Positions 23,998 to 32,510 are shown, counted from the first letter of the stretch. The stretch: 38,657 nucleotides of DNA from Candidatus Moranbacteria bacterium GW2011_GWC2_37_8 (GCA_000992165.1 LBTS01000026.1:1-38657); one strand, 5' to 3'. Numbers and translations: made by a program. The notes: generated by a model from the letters alone, not told the origin.

Positions 23998-24088
23998 TCA
24001 CTAATTTACACCAATTTCCCACCAATCATCACAAATATTTCATTCATTCGTGCGCATTAGTGATTTTATTCGTGATTATTCGTGCGTG
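23998..24088. repeat. Inverted arrays of CAC(T/C)AAT / ATT(C/A)GTG words (rplQ-rplM gap)
   Basis: Left TCACTAATTTACACCAATTTCCCACCAATCATCAC. Right ATTCGTGCGCATTAGTGATTTTATTCGTGATTATTCGTGCGTG. Confidence 0.6.
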
Positions 24089-24454
24089 TTATACAAATTC
24101 AATTACTGCCATAGCAGCTCCGTCACTTTTGCGCTGCCCCATCTTGATTATGCGAGTATATCCACTTTCGCGGCCGTCAAACTTCTGGGCAAACTCACCA
24201 GAAAGTTTTTTAACTGCAATAAGAGGAAGACCTTTGCGCAAATCTCTAAGGACTGCAACCTTCTTGGTTTCATCTTTGGAAACTTTTTTCACTTTCGTGA
24301 TAATCTTGTCTACCATTGGCTTAATTTCTTTAGCCTTAGCTTCAGTAGTCGTGATTTTTTCCCTCATAATGAAACTTCCCAAGAGTGTTTTCAAAAGAGC
24401 TACTCTCTGTTTCTTTACTCTACTAAATTTTCTGCTTCTTCCTAAATGATTCAT
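24089..24454 (-). CDS. rplQ: 50S ribosomal protein L17
   Basis: MNHLGRSRKFSRVKKQRVALLKTL...TTEAKAKE...GYTRI. Confidence 0.93.
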   Translation of the reverse strand: MNHLGRSRKFSRVKKQRVALLKTLLGSFIMREKITTTEAKAKEIKPMVDKIITKVKKVSKDETKKVAVLRDLRKGLPLIAVKKLSGEFAQKFDGRESGYTRIIKMGQRKSDGAAMAVIEFV

Positions 24455-24542
24455 ATTATTAACTCATAACTTTCAACTTATAACTCATAACATCATTATC
24501 CGTTTTACAGTTGTCAGTTTTTAGTTGTTAGTTGTTAGTTAT
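24455..24542. repeat. Inverted heptamer arrays (NNNAACT)5 / (AGTTNNN)5 (rpoA-rplQ gap)
   Basis: Left TTAACTCATAACTTTCAACTTATAACTCATAAC. Right AGTTGTCAGTTTTTAGTTGTTAGTTGTTAGTTATT. Period 7 in both arms. Confidence 0.65.
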
Positions 24543-25511
24543 TTACTCTTGCTTTAGTGTAATTCCAAATTCTCCGATTGATTTTTTGATTTCTTTGATT
24601 CCCTTATCCCCCATTCCATCCAAAGCTCTCAAATCTTCTTCAGTCATCTTCACAATGTCTTTAACCTTAGCAATCTTGCTAGCTTCAAGAACATTAAGAG
24701 TTCGTGTTGAAAGATTTTTTAATTCAGTAACTTTGATTTTCAATGGGTCAACAGCTTCGTCAGCTACTGGCGTTTCTGCCACAATTTCAGCTTCCTGAAC
24801 TGCTTCTTCCACTTTTTCTTCAACTATTTCAATTCCTCCAAGCACTGAAAACTGTTCAACCAATAGAGTTACAGCCTTAGTGAAAGCCTCTTCTGGAGTA
24901 ATGCTTCCGTCAGTCACGATTTCCAAGGTAATTTTATTATAATCAGTACGCTTTCCAACGCGCATGTTTTCTACTTCGTAGTTAACACGGCTAATTGGTG
25001 TGTATACTGCATCGATTGCGATAACTCCAATTTCTTTTTCTCCGCGATTCTGTTGATCAATTGGAACATATCCCAAACCGTTTGAAATTTCCAATTCCAT
25101 CTCAAGTTCCACTTTCTTGTCAGTAATTGTAGCAATGATTTGATCTTTGTTTACAACCTCCACACTTGAAGGGCATTTGATTTCAGCTGCAGTAACCTTT
25201 CCTTCACCTTTGAATTTAAGGCTAACCTTAACTGGTTCGTCACTGTGCATCTTAAATCGAATCTTTTTCAAGTTCAAAATGATTTGAACTGCGTCTTCCA
25301 TAACACCATCCATGGTTGAAAATTCATGGGAAACTCCCTTAATTTTCACAGAGGTGATTGCGCTACCCTTTAAAGATGCTAGAAGAACACGCCTAAGCGC
25401 ATTACCTAGAGTCATACCATAACCTGGGTAACATCCCATGATTTCAAACTTACCACTCTTTTCGTCAATAGGAGTGTATTTTGGCTTCTGAGGAAGTGAC
25501 ACTGTCTGCAT
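24543..25511 (-). CDS. rpoA: DNA-directed RNA polymerase alpha subunit
   Basis: 322 aa. GYGMTLGNALRRVLLASL N-terminal domain and C-terminal domain with LSTRTLNVL. Confidence 0.95.
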   Translation of the reverse strand: MQTVSLPQKPKYTPIDEKSGKFEIMGCYPGYGMTLGNALRRVLLASLKGSAITSVKIKGVSHEFSTMDGVMEDAVQIILNLKKIRFKMHSDEPVKVSLKFKGEGKVTAAEIKCPSSVEVVNKDQIIATITDKKVELEMELEISNGLGYVPIDQQNRGEKEIGVIAIDAVYTPISRVNYEVENMRVGKRTDYNKITLEIVTDGSITPEEAFTKAVTLLVEQFSVLGGIEIVEEKVEEAVQEAEIVAETPVADEAVDPLKIKVTELKNLSTRTLNVLEASKIAKVKDIVKMTEEDLRALDGMGDKGIKEIKKSIGEFGITLKQE

Positions 25512-25602
25512 ATCCTCTTTCTAACGGGCAGCTCATGGATATCTCCACAAGAAGCACGTTTTTCAATTAAAAAAGTTAAGGAAAACAAAAATGAAAACTT
25601 GT

Positions 25603-26238
25603 TTATCGAGAGTATGATTCAACAACCATTTGTGGATCAACATGGATTCCAACATCTTCCCTGCTTGGAAGAGCAACAATCTTTCCTTCCATCTTAGACT
25701 GATCAAACTGAATCCAACGTGGGAAATCTTTCTTAGCTGTTAGCGTTTGAGTCTGAAGTTTGAAATATGCATTGTCTTTCTTTGATTCTTTAATTGCAAC
25801 CACGTCTCCAACTTTCATTCCACAAGATGGGATAGTAAGTTTCTTTCCATTAACCAAGAATGCTCCGTGAGTCACAAGTTGTCGAGCTTGAATCGGTGAT
25901 TGCGCAAATCCCATCTTACGAACTACATTATCTAAACGAAGTTCCAATCTGGTCATAAGCAAATCTCCGGTCACACCTTGCTTGTTCTCGATTTCCTCAT
26001 AGTGTTTGCGAAATTGTTTCTCCAAAACTCCGTACATTCGTTTGATGCGTTGCTTCATTGCAAGCTGTTTACCGAACTCACTAAGTCCTCGAGAAATACT
26101 TTTTCCATGAACTCCTGGAGCGTATGGACGACGAGTAATAGCACATTTAGCGCTATTGCATCTATCCCCTTTCAGGAAAAGTTTTTCTTGCGCCCTGCGG
26201 CATCGTTTACATTTTGATCCTAATAAATCTCTAGCCAT
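25603..26238 (-). CDS. rpsD: 30S ribosomal protein S4
   Basis: MARDLLGSKCKRCRR...YGVLEKQFR...RLDNVV...S4 domain. Confidence 0.95.
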   Translation of the reverse strand: MARDLLGSKCKRCRRAQEKLFLKGDRCNSAKCAITRRPYAPGVHGKSISRGLSEFGKQLAMKQRIKRMYGVLEKQFRKHYEEIENKQGVTGDLLMTRLELRLDNVVRKMGFAQSPIQARQLVTHGAFLVNGKKLTIPSCGMKVGDVVAIKESKKDNAYFKLQTQTLTAKKDFPRWIQFDQSKMEGKIVALPSREDVGIHVDPQMVVESYSR

Positions 26239-26250
26239 AAAAATCAGATT

Positions 26251-26344
26251 ATTAGCTTCTTAGCTTTTCAGCTTTTCAGCTACTTTTAAAAAAATATTAC
26301 ATTTGTTACACCTAAACAGCTAATAAGCTAATGCCTAAGAAGCT
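26251..26344. repeat. TAGCTTTT-octamer palindromic element, full copy (rpsK-rpsD gap)
   Basis: Left ATTAGCTTCTTAGCTTTTCAGCTTTTCAGCT. Right CCTAAACAGCTAATAAGCTAATGCCTAAGAAGCT. Confidence 0.8.
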
Positions 26345-26348
26345 ATTA

Positions 26349-26822
26349 TTATACACGACGTGGTTTCTTTGGACGACATCCATTGTGTGGAATAGGAGTA
26401 ACGTCTTTGATCGCAGTAAGCTCAAAGCCTTTATTAGCCAATGATCGAATCGATGATTCTCGACCGGAGCCAACTCCTCTTACAAACACATCCAATTCTT
26501 GTACACCAAATTTTTTCACCTTTTCGCTAACATCATGAACTACCTGAGTTGCAGCATAAGGTGTAGCCTTCTTAGCACCCTTGAATCCTAAAAGTCCGGA
26601 ACTAGACCATGCCAACATTGCACCATTTGCATCAGAAATCATAACCATGGTGTTGTTGTATGTGCATTTAATATGGGCTTGACCCTTATTAATTTGTCTT
26701 TTCAATTTCTTCTTCTTTTTCTTCACATCCCCTTCAACAGCAACAGCTGCAGGAGCTTCTCCTCCAGTTTCTAGAGCAACTTGCTCCATTATTTCTTCAG
26801 TTGTTTTAATTTCCTCTGCCAT
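26349..26822 (-). CDS. rpsK: 30S ribosomal protein S11 with a ~30 aa acidic/Lys-run N-terminal extension
   Basis: Core GQAHIKCTYNNTMVMISD...PHNGCRPKKPRRV. The N-terminus MAEEIKTTEEIMEQVALETGGEAPAAVAVEGDVKKKKKK is extra. Confidence 0.95.
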   Translation of the reverse strand: MAEEIKTTEEIMEQVALETGGEAPAAVAVEGDVKKKKKKLKRQINKGQAHIKCTYNNTMVMISDANGAMLAWSSSGLLGFKGAKKATPYAATQVVHDVSEKVKKFGVQELDVFVRGVGSGRESSIRSLANKGFELTAIKDVTPIPHNGCRPKKPRRV

Positions 26823-26832
26823 AATTATAATT

Positions 26833-26927
26833 CTAGCTTTTTAGCTTTTTAGGCTTTTAGCTTTTTAGATTTGATTGATTACTTTCCGCATTTTAGGACT
26901 AAAGCTAACAAGCTAGTGCCTAAGAAG
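26833..26927. repeat. TAGCTTTT-octamer palindromic element, full copy (rpsM-rpsK gap)
   Basis: Left CTAGCTTTTTAGCTTTTTAGGCTTTTAGCTTTTTAG. Right CTAAAGCTAACAAGCTAGTGCCTAAGAAG. Confidence 0.8.
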
Positions 26928-26933
26928 TTTTTA

Positions 26934-27320
26934 CTAGGTTTTTGATTCAGATCGTCTTCCGCTTCCCATAGTTCTTCGCACGTTTCCACGAACTGTTCGA
27001 CTGTTTGTCTTTGTTCGTTGTCCGTTAACCGGTAATCCTTTCTGGTGACGAGTTCCGCGATAGCTACCAATTTCTTTCAAGCGTTTGATGTTCATCTTAA
27101 CTTCATGCTTAAGCTCACCTTCAACTTTGTGCTTCTTTTCAATTTCATCACGAAGCTTGTTGGCGTCATCAGACGACAAATCTTTTGTGCGAGTATTTGG
27201 ATCGATACCAAGTAGTCCCAAAAGTTTGCGACTAGTTGAAGGCCCAATACCGAAAACGTAAGTTAGGGCAATTTCGATTCTTTTTTCATCAGGAAGGTTG
27301 ATTCCAGCAATACGTACCAT
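26934..27320 (-). CDS. rpsM: 30S ribosomal protein S13
   Basis: [26 protein letters not shown]...[20 protein letters not shown]. Confidence 0.95.
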   Translation of the reverse strand: MVRIAGINLPDEKRIEIALTYVFGIGPSTSRKLLGLLGIDPNTRTKDLSSDDANKLRDEIEKKHKVEGELKHEVKMNIKRLKEIGSYRGTRHQKGLPVNGQRTKTNSRTVRGNVRRTMGSGRRSESKT

Positions 27321-27404
27321 AAATTTTATAAGTATCTATTTAATCACTAATTATATTTGCTAGCAGTCCAGTACATGTTCTTTGCTGCTGCAGTAACAAA
27401 TCTC

Positions 27405-27518
27405 TTAACCTTGTCGTTGTTTGTGCTTAGGTGTGGAACAAATTACATAAACTTTTCCACGTCTCTTCACGATTTTACACTTGGCACAAATCTTTTTTAC
27501 TGATGCTCTTACTTTCAT
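27405..27518 (-). CDS. rpmJ: 50S ribosomal protein L36
   Basis: Hand translation gives [37 protein letters not shown] (37 aa). Not in the ORF track (under 60 aa). Confidence 0.9.
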   Translation of the reverse strand: MKVRASVKKICAKCKIVKRRGKVYVICSTPKHKQRQG

Positions 27519-27605
27519 AATGTTTTCCTACACTCCACTTATAACTTTTTCTCCAAATTACTTTGGTAATTTGTCATTAGTTGTGAGTCTTTAGTTATTA
27601 GTTAT
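27519..27605. repeat. Intercistronic hairpin with ATAACT/AGTTAT word arrays (infA-rpmJ gap)
   Basis: Core CAAATTAC-TTTG-GTAATTTG. Flanks ACTTATAAC... and ...TTAGTTGTGAGTCTTTAGTTATTAGTTATT. Confidence 0.6.
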
Positions 27606-27830
27606 TTACATGCGTTGTGTAACGCGTCCTTTTGTTAAATCATATGGACTCATTTCCATAAGTACTCTGTCGCCCGGCAAAAGTCGAATATAATTCACTC
27701 TCATTCTTCCAGAAATATGAGCCAGAACCTCGTGTCCATTGTCCAAACGCACTTTAAACGTTGTGCTTGGCAACGTTTCAATGATTGTTCCTTCTAATTT
27801 TATAAGTTCTTTTTCCTGTTTTGGTGCCAT
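27606..27830 (-). CDS. infA: Translation initiation factor IF-1
   Basis: 74 aa. [32 protein letters not shown]...[18 protein letters not shown]. Confidence 0.95.
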   Translation of the reverse strand: MAPKQEKELIKLEGTIIETLPSTTFKVRLDNGHEVLAHISGRMRVNYIRLLPGDRVLMEMSPYDLTKGRVTQRM

Positions 27831-27959
27831 AATTTGCTTTACTTTTACAACATAAAAATAGAGGGGGTTACTTGAGCAGCACTATCCTAATTCTTGAATT
27901 CAAATAGTATAAACCTCTACTCTTGACAGCTATTAAGTTTTGCTCAAAAACGTATAGCA

Positions 27960-27988
27960 ATCTTAACAAAGTATTGTTTTCTTGTCAA
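27960..27988 (-). promoter_or_regulatory. infA promoter TTGACA-17-TAAGAT
   Basis: Minus strand reads tagggTTGACAagaaaacaatactttgtTAAGATtgc. Leaves a ~120 nt leader. Confidence 0.45.
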
Positions 27989-28140
27989 CCCTAAGAAATC
28001 AGCCTGTGTCTTTTATAGTGTAACTTTCCTACCTCGACTCGCAAAGACGATTATTCGTCAACACAAGGCGAGTAGCTCACGCGCCCATAATTCGCACATA
28101 ATTCAGTCTATACCAAAAGAAAAAACAAGAAAAAAAGGCT

Positions 28141-28338
28141 CTAGTTGGTCTCATTTTGAACTTCAACCGAAACTCTTGATGAATATTGAGGGATTCTAGT
28201 GATAAAACTTGGGGTAAATTCGACATTTGCGCTCTTTATTGAATCATATTTCCTCAATATATCAGCTAATTGGTCATCACTTTTACCCAATAACTCTTTC
28301 TTTACTTGAGGTAAGTTAATGAGCGGTGTGGATATCAC
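28141..28338 (-). CDS. Small hypothetical protein, translationally coupled to the upstream gene
   Basis: 65 aa. ATGA start/stop overlap with 28335-29990. Confidence 0.5.
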   Translation of the reverse strand: MISTPLINLPQVKKELLGKSDDQLADILRKYDSIKSANVEFTPSFITRIPQYSSRVSVEVQNETN

Positions 28339-29990
28339 GTTTCTTCAAAATTTGGCTCTGCACTGCCATAATCAATTTTGGAAATTTCAGTTTTTACGGA
28401 GTTTAATTGCGAATCAATTTTTAATGAATCAATTACCACATTTTTCACATCATTTTCAGAAAAAACCAGCGTCTTGATGGAACCCGTCACTATCCAGTCA
28501 AATGAATCAGTCCTAGAACCAAGTTTAGCGGAAGATGACGATTTAGTAATGGTAATTTTTTCAGCTTGATTCAATACCATTTCGTCTGAAACAAGCTGCT
28601 GCTTCATAACGTCTTTCATTTTCTCCTTAAAGGCATCTTCAGCTTTCTGTTTTGCACCATCCAAATCTTGCTGGGTAATAGTTCCGGGACTCACTATTTG
28701 AGCATCACCAGATCCTCCCGCAGTTGCGGAATCCGAACTTGCATAAAATTTCTCGAATTTGGGCCCGCCAGCAAATCCTGGAATTGTAAATTTAGTCGCG
28801 TCAATATTATATTCATCGCCGGCATTATCAGCAGTAATTTCAGCTTGAATAACGCCTGGCTTCAATTGTCCTCCAATATTTGAATATCCAGGCACCACTA
28901 CATTCTTGATGAGCCTAAATATTTTTCCGTCTGTTGTCTCTAAGCGTGTTGTAGCAATAAGTGTTTGAGGTTCTGGACTAAATTCATTATAAATAACCAC
29001 TGTGCCACGAGCTTTTTTGCCTGATGATTCGCCCATTCCTTTTACTTCAAATGGCAACGAAAATTGCTCTTCCTTTTCAATACTTCTTAGTAGAATAACC
29101 GAATCGTCTTCACTTATGGCGCCGACTGCCTTAATTTCCATATCTATTTTCTTTTTAGATATATCTGACTTGATTATGATTTTAGCGCTAGGAATAAACA
29201 GATACCCACCCACTCCAAGAAATACTAGCGCGCATGTCATCAGAAAAGCTAGGAAAACTTTTTTAATTTTTCCACCCCCAATACTCTTAGATTGAGTTTG
29301 AGCAGATTCTGAATTATTAGACCTTGCTGAATACATTTTTTCAAGAGTTTCTGCTTTATAGGGGTCAAGTTGATTTTTATATAAATTTTTATTTGCGGCG
29401 CTACTTCCCGATGTCGCACGCCTTACATTATCTTGTTTGATTGCAACCTCTTTTCGCAGGTTCGATTTAACTTTATTAAGAACAATCTTTTCTGGTTTTT
29501 CTTTCCTATCTGAAGCGCGACTAACTGGCGCAGTTTTAGCAGCTTTCAAATTATTCGCTGGCAATTCTTTCAGATCTCGACGCAGACCAGATTGATAATA
29601 TTCCCCAGAACCAATATTACTAAGTCTTGCCTGCTTATCATTTCTAGAATCCATCACTTTTTCAAATTCAATATCTCTTGTTTGCTCACCTTCCTCATTT
29701 TCTTGGTCATTATAAACATCTAAAGACGAGTCGAGGCCTTCCAATGAAGTGCAAGCTTCTATACCACTTCTCTCAGCCATTGAAATTGCAATTTCGTCTT
29801 GAGTTACAATTATCACACGCTTTGAAATTTTATCTGCTTCTCTTTTTAGAATTTTCAAATTCACAATGCTCTGCAAAAAGAGTGCTCTTTTAGGCACAAC
29901 AAAATAATTATCGCTAGACATTGATTTATTAAGCCTATCAATGACTGAGGAAATTTCTTCGTCAACATCAATATAAAATGTTTGATGCAT
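28335..29990 (-). CDS. Single-pass membrane protein of unknown function (cytoplasmic N-domain, disordered linker, extracytoplasmic beta-rich domain)
   Basis: 551 aa. TM segment VFLAFLMTCALVFLGVGGYLFI near residue 245. The segment ARGTVVIYNE...TTRLETTDGKIFRL...AEITADNAGDEYNI recalls baseplate-J-like domains (weak, from memory). Confidence 0.65.
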   Translation of the reverse strand: MHQTFYIDVDEEISSVIDRLNKSMSSDNYFVVPKRALFLQSIVNLKILKREADKISKRVIIVTQDEIAISMAERSGIEACTSLEGLDSSLDVYNDQENEEGEQTRDIEFEKVMDSRNDKQARLSNIGSGEYYQSGLRRDLKELPANNLKAAKTAPVSRASDRKEKPEKIVLNKVKSNLRKEVAIKQDNVRRATSGSSAANKNLYKNQLDPYKAETLEKMYSARSNNSESAQTQSKSIGGGKIKKVFLAFLMTCALVFLGVGGYLFIPSAKIIIKSDISKKKIDMEIKAVGAISEDDSVILLRSIEKEEQFSLPFEVKGMGESSGKKARGTVVIYNEFSPEPQTLIATTRLETTDGKIFRLIKNVVVPGYSNIGGQLKPGVIQAEITADNAGDEYNIDATKFTIPGFAGGPKFEKFYASSDSATAGGSGDAQIVSPGTITQQDLDGAKQKAEDAFKEKMKDVMKQQLVSDEMVLNQAEKITITKSSSSAKLGSRTDSFDWIVTGSIKTLVFSENDVKNVVIDSLKIDSQLNSVKTEISKIDYGSAEPNFEET

Positions 29991-29995
29991 ACAAT

Positions 29996-30067
29996 CAGGT
30001 TTTAGCTTTTTAGCTTTTTAGCTTTTTAGAATTCCTAAGAAGCTGAGAAGCTAATGCCTAATTAGCT
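29996..30067. repeat. TAGCTTTT-octamer palindromic element, best-preserved copy (ftsA to next-gene gap)
   Basis: Pairing 30010-30029 with 30034-30054: 19 pairs including 3 T-G wobbles, 1 bulge, loop AATT. Confidence 0.85.
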
Positions 30068-30072
30068 ATTTA

Positions 30073-31332
30073 TTAATCTTGCATTGTTTGCAGTACTCTA
30101 CGTAAGATTCCCGACATAACCTTTTCTTCCCCTGTCACATCTAAAACCAAATTAGCCAAGCCCATTGGTGTGACATCCTGTGGATTTTTTAATTCATCAG
30201 TATGATCTATTATTCTGACAACATCTTGGGGTTGCAAAAAGCTAACAACAGGCGCTTTGGCAAAAGGAAGACTTTTCACCCATTCAGAAGAAAGAAGTGC
30301 TTTTTTTATACCAGGTAAACCACTTCCACCGCCGCAAAGCAAAATTTTTGATGGCAAGACATCACTACCCGCAAATTCAGCCAATGAAAGTTCCACGCCA
30401 CTAAGCCAAACAGCGCAGTCACTTTGCAAAATCTGTTCAATCTTTGAACTCACATCTTCGCCTAATTTTCCTTCGGAATATTTTATTTTCAGTTCTTCAG
30501 CCTCATCCATTTCAATACGAAGTTCCTGCGCAAGTTTTTTCGTGAAAGCGCGGCCACCAAAGGCGAACATCTTAGTACCTTCTAATCCTCCATTTCTAAC
30601 TACAGCAATATCAGTCGTGCCACCTCCTATATCTATAAATATTGCATTGAAATCCAAAGCATCATCATAATCTATACTGCGAGCAACAGCGTACGGTTCA
30701 GCAGCGATACTGAGCAGATCTATATTAAGTTCATCTGCAATTGCCTGAAGTGCGCCTAAGTGAATCATTGGCGCATAGGCGTTGAATATGCTGACTGACA
30801 CATCTTTACCTTGAAATCCAATAGGATTAGTAACTTGATAACCATCAATTCGCACATCAACAATTGCAGCATTAATAAGTTTCACATCAATATCCTGACC
30901 CGTCTCCCATTCAATTTGTTGCTGAATTCTCTCGTAAGCTTTCATTTGAACCTTTTGAATAATACTCTTAAGTTCAGGGAAATCAATCCTGGAATCAGGA
31001 TTACCTCTTTCGTAATGTACTGTTGTAGTAGTGCCCTTAACTAGTTCACCTGCAATTCCAACGATAGCTTTTTTAACTTTTTTAATACCAGCATTTGCCA
31101 ATGCCTTACTGATTGATATCTTACAAGTTTCTATAACACCTGAAATATCCGAGACTGCGCCGCTTTGCATGTTCCCTTTTTTTTGCGACTCTTTTCCGAC
31201 ACCGATAACCACGCCAGTTTTTTCCTCGCCATCAATTTGAAAAACCAAAGCTTTTGCAACTTCAGTACCGATATCCAAAGCTAAATAAAATTCAGCATTT
31301 GATTTAGAAAATATTTTGGAAAAAATAGACAT
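30073..31332 (-). CDS. ftsA: Cell division protein FtsA (actin-like ATPase)
   Basis: LALDIGTEVAKALVF and FIDIGGGTTDIAV phosphate motifs. The ATG at 31332 (MSIFSK...) is preferred over the TTG at 31362, which lies in a repeat hairpin. Confidence 0.85.
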   Translation of the reverse strand: MSIFSKIFSKSNAEFYLALDIGTEVAKALVFQIDGEEKTGVVIGVGKESQKKGNMQSGAVSDISGVIETCKISISKALANAGIKKVKKAIVGIAGELVKGTTTTVHYERGNPDSRIDFPELKSIIQKVQMKAYERIQQQIEWETGQDIDVKLINAAIVDVRIDGYQVTNPIGFQGKDVSVSIFNAYAPMIHLGALQAIADELNIDLLSIAAEPYAVARSIDYDDALDFNAIFIDIGGGTTDIAVVRNGGLEGTKMFAFGGRAFTKKLAQELRIEMDEAEELKIKYSEGKLGEDVSSKIEQILQSDCAVWLSGVELSLAEFAGSDVLPSKILLCGGGSGLPGIKKALLSSEWVKSLPFAKAPVVSFLQPQDVVRIIDHTDELKNPQDVTPMGLANLVLDVTGEEKVMSGILRRVLQTMQD

Positions 31333-31335
31333 ACT

Positions 31336-31430
31336 AACAAAAATCTCAATGTCAAAATCCAAATTTCAAATAAACAATTCAAATTCAATTAACTGAATTG
31401 AGAATTTATGATTTTTAGATTTTATTTGTC
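31336..31430. repeat. Imperfect A/T-word hairpin directly upstream of ftsA
   Basis: CAATT-AACTG-AATTG core (31386-31400). Outer CAAATAAA (31368-31375) pairs with TTTATTTG (31421-31428). Confidence 0.45.
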
Positions 31431-31500
31431 CCCAAGGGGTAAGCTTGAAGCAAAACATTCGTCATTTAGATTTGGGTTTTTAAAAACGATTTACATATAA

Positions 31501-32508
31501 TCAGCAAATTGATTTCACAATAACATTATCCGCCAATATTTCAATCTCTTTTTCATCCAAAAGTCCTTTCTGTCCTCCGTATTCAGTAACCGAATTCGAA
31601 CTATTTGCAATTCCCCATTTTAAACATGTTTCCAAATTGTGACGTTTAATGAAGGATGCAAAAAATCCGCTCGTGAACGCATCTCCCGCTCCAGTAGTAT
31701 CAACGGCTCTTTGCATAATGGCTTTAGCATGCATCATAACATTTCCATCATACGCCCAAGCGCCTCTTTCTCCGTCCGTTATGGCAACCACTTCGGATCC
31801 TAATCTTCGCAAAACTTTCAATAAATATTCCTCACTTTCTAAAAGTTCTCTAACAGCAATTTCTCCGCATCCGGAAACTATTTCTATTGCTTCATCCTTA
31901 TTCACAAATAATATGTCGCAACTACCAATTGTATGCACAATTTTAAGTATATCCTCATGAATTGTCTTTTGTCGCGGATTAAAAGCAACGTGAATCTTTT
32001 TTTCCTTTACATACGAAAGTATGCCATCCAAGTTTTGCTGCCAATTCCCACTTAGGTCCCCAATAAAAAACCAATGCGGATATTTAATCAATCTTCCATC
32101 AAAGGCCATCCTTTGACTTGCCACATGACTGGAAAAAATAACTCTGTCTACGCAATTACTTTCAACCAAAATAGCTGACAAATCACTCTTGCAATCAGAT
32201 TCAATTTTTATATGTTCAATTCCAATGCCTGCATTTTGAACCTGCTTCAATATCCACTTGCCTGTCATATCGTCGCCAATAGTTGCATAGGATGAAACAT
32301 TTTCTCCAAGCTTTGCCAATCCTGCTGCGACATTAATGCTATTTCCTCCCAATGTCTCATGTCGATCTTCAATTGCATATTTTGCGCCCAATTCAAAAGC
32401 AATTTTTTTTTGCGAAAGAATATCATCGGGAGTTTCAATAAGCACACCCTCCTTGGTTGGAAAAAATATATCCTGGCAGGCGGAACCAATTGTGATTATT
32501 TTAGACAT
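31501..32508 (-). CDS. PfkB-family carbohydrate/nucleoside kinase (ribokinase-like)
   Basis: 335 aa. GGNSINVA (GG motif) and DTTGAGDAF (ATP/anion-hole motif). Confidence 0.85.
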   Translation of the reverse strand: MSKIITIGSACQDIFFPTKEGVLIETPDDILSQKKIAFELGAKYAIEDRHETLGGNSINVAAGLAKLGENVSSYATIGDDMTGKWILKQVQNAGIGIEHIKIESDCKSDLSAILVESNCVDRVIFSSHVASQRMAFDGRLIKYPHWFFIGDLSGNWQQNLDGILSYVKEKKIHVAFNPRQKTIHEDILKIVHTIGSCDILFVNKDEAIEIVSGCGEIAVRELLESEEYLLKVLRRLGSEVVAITDGERGAWAYDGNVMMHAKAIMQRAVDTTGAGDAFTSGFFASFIKRHNLETCLKWGIANSSNSVTEYGGQKGLLDEKEIEILADNVIVKSIC

Positions 32509-32510
32509 GT

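Noticed and set aside
22784-24449. Long antisense ORFs opposite rpsI and rplQ (22784-23197, 24050-24445, 24060-24449), and similar shadows elsewhere (for example 12996-13421, 26879-27070, 30257-30670)
   Set aside because: These are shadow frames of confidently identified genes on the other strand, with low-complexity products.
28141-29990. 551 aa plus 65 aa ORFs as one frameshifted pseudogene
   Set aside because: The ATGA start/stop overlap is the typical translational-coupling arrangement, and both frames are clean. A sequencing or authentic frameshift cannot be excluded without homologs.
31333-31362. N-terminal 10-residue extension of FtsA from a TTG start
   Set aside because: The extension lies within the upstream repeat hairpin and uses TTG. 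The ATG at 31332 gives a standard FtsA N-terminus before LALDIGT.
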